From: Squalus acanthias
Lineage: Eukaryota
Assembly (NCBI GenBank): GCA_030390025.1
Contig: CM059438.1
Coordinates: 15,562,001-15,626,000 of the forward strand
Reading direction: 5' to 3'
Length of the DNA stretch: 64,000 nucleotides
Under the pieces are notes generated by a model. It was not told the DNA's origin and searched no databases. It saw only the letters and a list, made by a program, of their open reading frames with translations. How positions within the stretch are numbered: the first letter of the stretch is position 1; each line of letters opens with the position of its first letter. Below, piece by piece: positions 61,101 through 64,000 of the stretch. The translations under genes and the position numbers were made by a program.

Positions 61101-61811
61101 GATGAAGGAAACCATTCCCTCCACCGACCTCATCCTTTCACAGAAACCTACAGTTCCCACATCACAGCATTTTACCCACCTTTTGAATTATGCCAGAGAT
61201 TTGGCCTCCTCTACCCTATGCGGAAAAACGTTCCAGATATTAATCATCCTGCACTTGAAGAATATTTCCGGACTGATGTCCTGAACTTGTTCCTGCAATT
61301 GTGGCTGAATTGAAAGTAGCATTCTGGATTTGCCTTTTTCTACTCTGGTTAATATCTGCTGCAAGGTCCTCTCTCATCTGCCTCATGACACAGTTCACTG
61401 ACACTACAGATCAGCTGTGTGAATCTCTGCACCATTCCCTGTGCTCGATGTGTCTTGGGGACCAAAGTTGAACAGAATGCTCAAAATGCACTCTTACCAG
61501 ATATAGTGGCATTGGGGCTGGAGAAGGGCACCCAGGTAGTCAGTGACATGAGAGGAAATGGTGGCAAGGGCATATCAACAAGGGGAGAAAATAAATCTCT
61601 ATAGTTAAATTAAATGTAACTTTAGCATTGTTGGATTTCCTTACAAATAAACTTTAATAACCGACTGTTTTTTTTCTTTTATCTTTTACTCTTGTAGCGT
61701 CATCTGGCCCCTGAAGTTTTTTGCCAGCTGTTTAATATGACTATCCAGGAGTTCGACAGGTTACCACTTTGGAAGCGCAATGAGCTGAAGAAAAAAGCTC
61801 GCGTCTTCTAA
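7038..61811 (+). CDS. ABLIM1: Actin-binding LIM protein 1-like gene (ABLIM/dematin family), 5'-partial, 15 coding exons, C-terminal villin headpiece
   Basis: Hand-spliced join(7038-7115,9139-9294,14941-14976,22380-22509,31454-31558,35930-35977,39962-40099,43143-43231,44359-44488,47110-47174,52229-52289,56328-56335,58460-58534,60730-60810,61698-61811) = 1314 nt. All phases are consistent, there is no internal stop, and it ends in TAA. The peptide is colinear with recalled human ABLIM1 from PTRTSSES to the C-terminus. Exact paralog identity is uncertain. Confidence 0.9.
7773..8422. mobile_element. GC-rich Harbinger-type MITE, second family
   Basis: TIR gggggaaaaattcagttgc/gcgactcaatttctccccc, TSD TTT, CpG-rich interior with repeated tagcgccc. 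Confidence 0.75.
9139..9294 (+). CDS. ABLIM1: ABLIM1-like exon [52 protein letters not shown]
   Basis: Inside ORF 9118..9300; ttccag acceptor, gtatag donor, 156 nt; conserved ABLIM/dematin motif [13 protein letters not shown]. Confidence 0.96.
9380..10022. mobile_element. Degenerate Harbinger-type MITE with an internal 33-bp tandem duplication (about 9779-9844)
   Basis: ggggtcaattttc ... gataatcagtcccc ends; GC-rich relative to flanks. Confidence 0.45.
11510..11578. repeat. 69-bp fold-back mini-element
   Basis: ggggtaaattttcctctttagcattccag ... ctgggagtgctatagacaaaatttacccc. Confidence 0.7.
12113..12405 (+). mobile_element. CR1 LINE 3' fragment
   Basis: tggaatgcactgcctga (WNALP); tail gatgggccgaatggcctcctcctgtgc..gattcta. 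Confidence 0.8.
13123..13282. repeat. 22-bp minisatellite, about 7.3 copies
   Basis: Unit cagtgccatcaggtgcatgtat. Confidence 0.95.
14941..14976 (+). CDS. ABLIM1: ABLIM1-like exon [12 protein letters not shown]
   Basis: ctcacag acceptor, gtcagt donor, 36 nt; matches recalled ABLIM1 [12 protein letters not shown]. Confidence 0.92.
16109..16563 (+). mobile_element. Near full-length Deu-domain SINE (SacSINE1-like)
   Basis: A/B boxes, ggaggtgccatctttcggatgagacgttaaaccgagg core, L2-like tail. Confidence 0.85.
16774..16859 (-). mobile_element. Antisense fragment of the same SINE
   Basis: Reverse complement of about 16417-16500. Confidence 0.7.
20213..21155 (-). mobile_element. CR1 LINE 3' fragment with intact C-terminal ORF2 frame
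   Basis: ORF 20445..21152: [36 protein letters not shown]; tail ttcttatgttctt. Confidence 0.95.
21405..21522 (-). mobile_element. CR1 3' tail fragment
   Basis: ggagtaggccattcagcccc...gatcatggctgat, same tail as 20220-20300. Confidence 0.7.
21570..21780 (+). mobile_element. 3' half of Deu-domain SINE
   Basis: ggagttatccccgg..cctggccaatatttatccctcaa through gcaagtctttcttt. Confidence 0.8.
22380..22509 (+). CDS. ABLIM1: ABLIM1-like exon [43 protein letters not shown]
   Basis: ttttag acceptor, gtaagt donor, 130 nt, phase 0-1; SPQHFHRP motif. Confidence 0.94.
23020..23657. mobile_element. Degenerate Harbinger-type MITE
   Basis: ggggttgattttaaccc ... gggtaaatattgtctcc with ATG on both sides. 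Confidence 0.55.
24235..25744 (+). mobile_element. Same MITE family, copy C, interrupted by copy D
   Basis: Halves 24235-24700 and 25448-25744 rejoin to 763 bp; flanks ATC/ATT. Confidence 0.85.
24701..25444 (-). mobile_element. Same MITE family, copy D, nested antisense within copy C
   Basis: Perfect 16-bp TIR ggcccaaaaattagtg/cactaatttttgggcc; TSD ATT at 24698-24700 and 25445-25447. Confidence 0.9.
26198..26600 (-). mobile_element. CR1 LINE 3' fragment
   Basis: ORF 26390..26605 [21 protein letters not shown] plus CR1 tail. Confidence 0.88.
28693..29448 (-). mobile_element. L2 LINE 3' fragment, same family as 1283-2650
   Basis: Highly similar to 1283-2022; [15 protein letters not shown]. 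Confidence 0.93.
29858..30324 (+). mobile_element. L2 LINE 3' fragment, opposite orientation
   Basis: ORF 29900..30217 [19 protein letters not shown]; tail ggcgctatataaatgcaagttgttgtt. Confidence 0.9.
31454..31558 (+). CDS. ABLIM1: ABLIM1-like symmetric exon (G)[34 protein letters not shown]
   Basis: 105 nt, phase 1-1, GAG acceptor after a long pyrimidine tract, gtagga donor; matches recalled ABLIM1 [23 protein letters not shown]. Confidence 0.9.
33410..33910 (+). mobile_element. CR1 LINE 3' fragment
   Basis: ORF 33399..33827 [34 protein letters not shown]; tail ttctatgattctatga. Confidence 0.92.
34911..35335. repeat. Highly degenerate 21-bp tandem repeat, about 20 units
   Basis: Recurring yayactgaccctgcccagtga-like unit; produces the heptad pattern of ORF 34928..35326. 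Confidence 0.65.
35930..35977 (+). CDS. ABLIM1: ABLIM1-like exon (D)[15 protein letters not shown]
   Basis: cccgcag acceptor, gtacag donor, 48 nt; [10 protein letters not shown] family motif. Confidence 0.94.
39962..40099 (+). CDS. ABLIM1: ABLIM1-like exon (D)[45 protein letters not shown]
   Basis: ctctag acceptor (alternative cag 6 nt downstream), gtatga donor, 138 nt; SKFPAAQ and ETDxWP motifs. Confidence 0.9.
   Translation, partial: TQLQWQHNSRQAWKSSSHPSSQLPRLQIPIKLLRWRLTTGQVRVP
43143..43231 (+). CDS. ABLIM1: ABLIM1-like exon (G)[29 protein letters not shown]
   Basis: taccag acceptor, gtatga donor, 89 nt, phase 1-0; charged coiled-coil segment. Confidence 0.91.
43686..43978 (+). mobile_element. 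5'-truncated Deu-domain SINE
   Basis: ctctcaggtggacataaacgatcccatggcact through aaatgcaagtctttc. Confidence 0.8.
44359..44488 (+). CDS. ABLIM1: ABLIM1-like exon [43 protein letters not shown]
   Basis: gaacag acceptor, gtaaga donor, 130 nt; SGLGxLILKEE motif. Confidence 0.91.
46299..46451 (-). mobile_element. Young CR1 3' tail fragment
   Basis: (gaaacata)n octamer tail followed by ggagcaggagtaggccattcggccc. Confidence 0.85.
47110..47174 (+). CDS. ABLIM1: ABLIM1-like exon (S)[21 protein letters not shown]
   Basis: ccttcag acceptor, gtaaga donor, 65 nt; [12 protein letters not shown] motif. Confidence 0.94.
47740..47895 (+). mobile_element. Possible decayed LF-SINE-like element
   Basis: tcacctctgggac...tttgaat...gaaatgtgttgg...taattggcagtctca blocks occur in the order recalled for LF-SINE; heavily diverged. 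Confidence 0.35.
49490..51120. mobile_element. Internally deleted PIF/Harbinger transposon with Myb/SANT-like remnant on the - strand
   Basis: ORF 50713..51000 contains RAAPRLS..SL and [25 protein letters not shown], resembling the RTxxQCRKRFNDL recognition helix; degenerate GGGG..ATTTT ends; AAG flanks. Confidence 0.6.
52229..52289 (+). CDS. ABLIM1: ABLIM1-like exon [20 protein letters not shown]
   Basis: tgttag acceptor, gtagga donor, 61 nt; matches recalled PVSTDFAQYNSYGDVSGGVR. Confidence 0.91.
52967..53989. repeat. 25-bp minisatellite, about 41 copies
   Basis: Unit ctctggtaggcccagcttcattgga, head to tail, few variant sites. Confidence 0.97.
55226..55317 (+). mobile_element. Second short Penelope-like insertion of the same family
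   Basis: ctccgaaagcttgtgatttcaaataaa...gtgcgacttc matches 5688-5749; 14-bp direct repeat tcactattcagtga at 55212 and 55318. Confidence 0.75.
56328..56335 (+). CDS. ABLIM1: 8-nt microexon AAACCCTG, (E)TL
   Basis: ttttctttttctgtttttcag|AAACCCTG|gtacgt; supplies the needed phase 1-to-0 bridge and occupies the position of the ABLIM1 tripeptide DYQ. Confidence 0.78.
57191..57949 (+). mobile_element. Same MITE family, copy E
   Basis: TIR ggcccagaaatt/aatttctgggcc; 759 bp; flanks ATT/AAC so the TSD is imperfect. Confidence 0.85.
58460..58534 (+). CDS. ABLIM1: ABLIM1-like exon [25 protein letters not shown] with GC donor
   Basis: ctcacag acceptor, AAG|gcaagt donor, 75 nt; [15 protein letters not shown] is identical to recalled ABLIM1. 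Confidence 0.93.
60730..60810 (+). CDS. ABLIM1: Headpiece exon [27 protein letters not shown]
   Basis: gcacag acceptor, gtgaga donor, 81 nt; villin headpiece N-subdomain. Confidence 0.95.
61698..61811 (+). CDS. ABLIM1: Terminal exon [37 protein letters not shown]
   Basis: ttgtag acceptor; villin headpiece C-subdomain (F..F....EF..LP.WKR..LKK); TAA at 61809-61811. Confidence 0.96.
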   Translation, partial: RHLAPEVFCQLFNMTIQEFDRLPLWKRNELKKKARVF

Positions 61812-63610
61812 ACCACGCAATGCATGTTGGAAATGGGGCGACCACAGAGGCTAAATATCAGTTTAATATTTTGTGGGGAAAGCGTTTCAGAAGTTAACAA
61901 AAAAAAACTTCTGAAAGGTACCCGTGCTACAGCAGATAACCAGTGTGAGGTCTGGAAAATTGATATCCACACACAAAAATTTGCTGGGTTTTCAACCTGA
62001 GAATTCTATTGTGATTTCCTTAATAAAATGAACCACAGTAATATCATCTCTTGTTCAACAATAAAGTGCTCTGATCTTTCTAGAATGATAATAGATTGGA
62101 TATTGTATTGAGTTGGACAACTTTTTCTTTTCTAAATAATTTGAATACTGTTCTTTGGAAACAGATTTTAGTATTTAGCCATACTACTCTAAGCAAAGTG
62201 CAGCAACCAGTGTTCTCTGCCTTGCACTGTGAAAGCATGGGTTTATGGGTGGGGTGGGGGGGGGGAATTAATTCGGAGCTGGTTTGTACACGAAGTTACG
62301 CTATGGACTTTATTGCTTGAAACCTTTTACACTGTGTGCTGTAGTTGAAAGGGTGTATGAACAGCTGCTATACATAATAGTCATGTCCGACAGAAATATA
62401 CAAGAAAAAATGAAGAGAGGAGAAATGTTCTTCAAAGTCAGCTGCTCAGCTAACTTAGTGGAGGTATGGTAAAATATCTAGCTTCGTGGCAGCCGTTAAT
62501 GTGTTACTTCATTCATTTGTATTGAAAACAAAACAAAAAATGTTGGAGTTATTGCCCGGGTATTTTGTGTCGCTATCACATTGTTACTTGTGTCCGTACC
62601 TGCCTTAATGTTATGAATTGTCACTTGCACAGAAACCCCTAGCACCAGGTCAGTTATTTTTCATTTAGTGCATTTGGGACATTAAAAGAGTCATAGAATG
62701 ACTATTTCATATCCTTAAGTCCTCCTGCTTTGAAATTAGTGGGCCAGTTTTTCACATCATTCCCAGTCGATCTGTAGTTAACAGCCTCGAAATTACACTA
62801 TGATAGGTTAGCTTAGAATGGGTTTGTATGTAATTATTCTGCATACTATTTCAATTGAGGCAGTTACCTGTTTAAAATAAACAGGTTAATGTCTCTATTA
62901 AAATAGTGCACAAAGTAATTTGACACAGTAATGTTACATAGTGTTATTTCTAGCCTAATATCTTTTCTGTAAAAAAAAAATAATTTTACATATTTAAAAA
63001 TGTGATACAGTCTTTAAAAAATGCTGCAGTGCACCTGCCAAAGATCTGGTTTGAAATGGTTCTGAATGGGTAGGAAATTTGATCCAGTTTGATTACAACA
63101 AATGAATATTTGTTTTGTGTATGAAATATAGCATAGATTCAATTGAAACCAGGCATGAGAATATGCCACATTAGACTAAATTTAAAAAAACATTATTAAC
63201 AAGTAAATGAATACATTTTCGTAGGGGTAAGTGGTACAACAGATACGTACTTTTTCCTTTCTGTATTCCAGATAGTTCTTTTTTCCATATAAATTAGTTT
63301 TGCCTGCCTCTGCTTAAAAGGCTCTAAATCTATTCATTCATTTCACTGAGCGGATATATTAGGATGACAGAGAGCAAAGAGCCCCTTATAGCTTGTCGAC
63401 TCAGTATCTGTGAGGCAATGGTGAGTTTGCAGTCGGTTTATAAAACAACTGGAGGCTATTTTGTGTTTAAAACACTTTTCGCTGAGTATTACAATTAAAT
63501 ATTCAGTGAAGTAAACCCAACAATTCGCACTGTACCGAAAGATCAGAGGATAAATAAAGCCTTGTTGTGTTTTTAGAGAAAAAATAAATGTAAGTATAAA
63601 GCAATTAAAA
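61812..63610 (+). other. Probable 3' UTR with several candidate polyadenylation signals
   Basis: AT-rich, with no recognisable interspersed repeat. AATAAA at 62022, 62060, 62876, 63553 (followed by a GT-rich tract) and 63583. The true end cannot be determined from sequence. Confidence 0.55.
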
Positions 63611-63817
63611 TTAATGAACGCTGGATAATATACCCCATAATCGAACCCCTAGACAAGCCTGTGTTTCTTCAAACAAACACTTAATTTGCATTTTTAATTT
63701 ATCAGCTGGTGCTTGTTGTAGATGTTGAGTGAATTTTCTATATTTTGTATTTTATGCATTTAATCTAATCAGACCTTGAAGTCTTGTGCCATTGGTTTCG
63801 GTGTTTCTAAGCCCAGT

Positions 63818-64000
63818 GGGGTATAAATTTGGCTTGGGCGGTAACGAAAAATGGGCGATAGCAAATCAGCAGCCCGTTTTACACTCCGCCCAATATTCTG
63901 TTCCATGAAGCCAATGGAAAAGAGAATTGGGCTGAGTGCAAAAACGGACTGCCGATTCGTTATCGCCCATTTTGCAATTACTGCCCAAGATGAAGGTATA
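63818..64000. mobile_element. Palindromic MITE, probably clipped by the window end
   Basis: Arms cttgggcggtaa..aaaatgggcgatagc..gttttacactc and gagtgcaaaaac..gttatcgcccattttgcaattactgcccaag. Confidence 0.7.

Overview
Vertebrate genomic DNA. The repeat content (Deu-domain tRNA-SINEs, CR1, L2, Penelope-type hairpins) points to a cartilaginous fish, which is an inference. The window holds the 3' part of one + strand gene of the ABLIM/dematin family, most like ABLIM1. I assembled 15 coding exons by hand from 7038 to the stop at 61811 (1314 nt, 437 aa), ending in a villin-type headpiece. The LIM-domain exons and start codon were not found and presumably lie upstream. The gene has an 8-nt microexon, a GC-AG intron, a GAG acceptor and several in-frame tandem splice sites. 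The introns carry many mobile elements. The most notable is a young ~760-bp PIF/Harbinger-type MITE family with 5 copies, one nested antisense inside another; it has hairpins with compensatory substitutions, promoter motifs and a cryptic in-frame exon. There are also Penelope-like fold-back insertions carrying a minimal hammerhead ribozyme motif. I found no CRISPR array, rRNA or true tRNA gene, and most entries in the ORF track are spurious or repeat-derived. Family assignments come from recalled sequences, not database searches, and I cannot show that anything here is previously undescribed.
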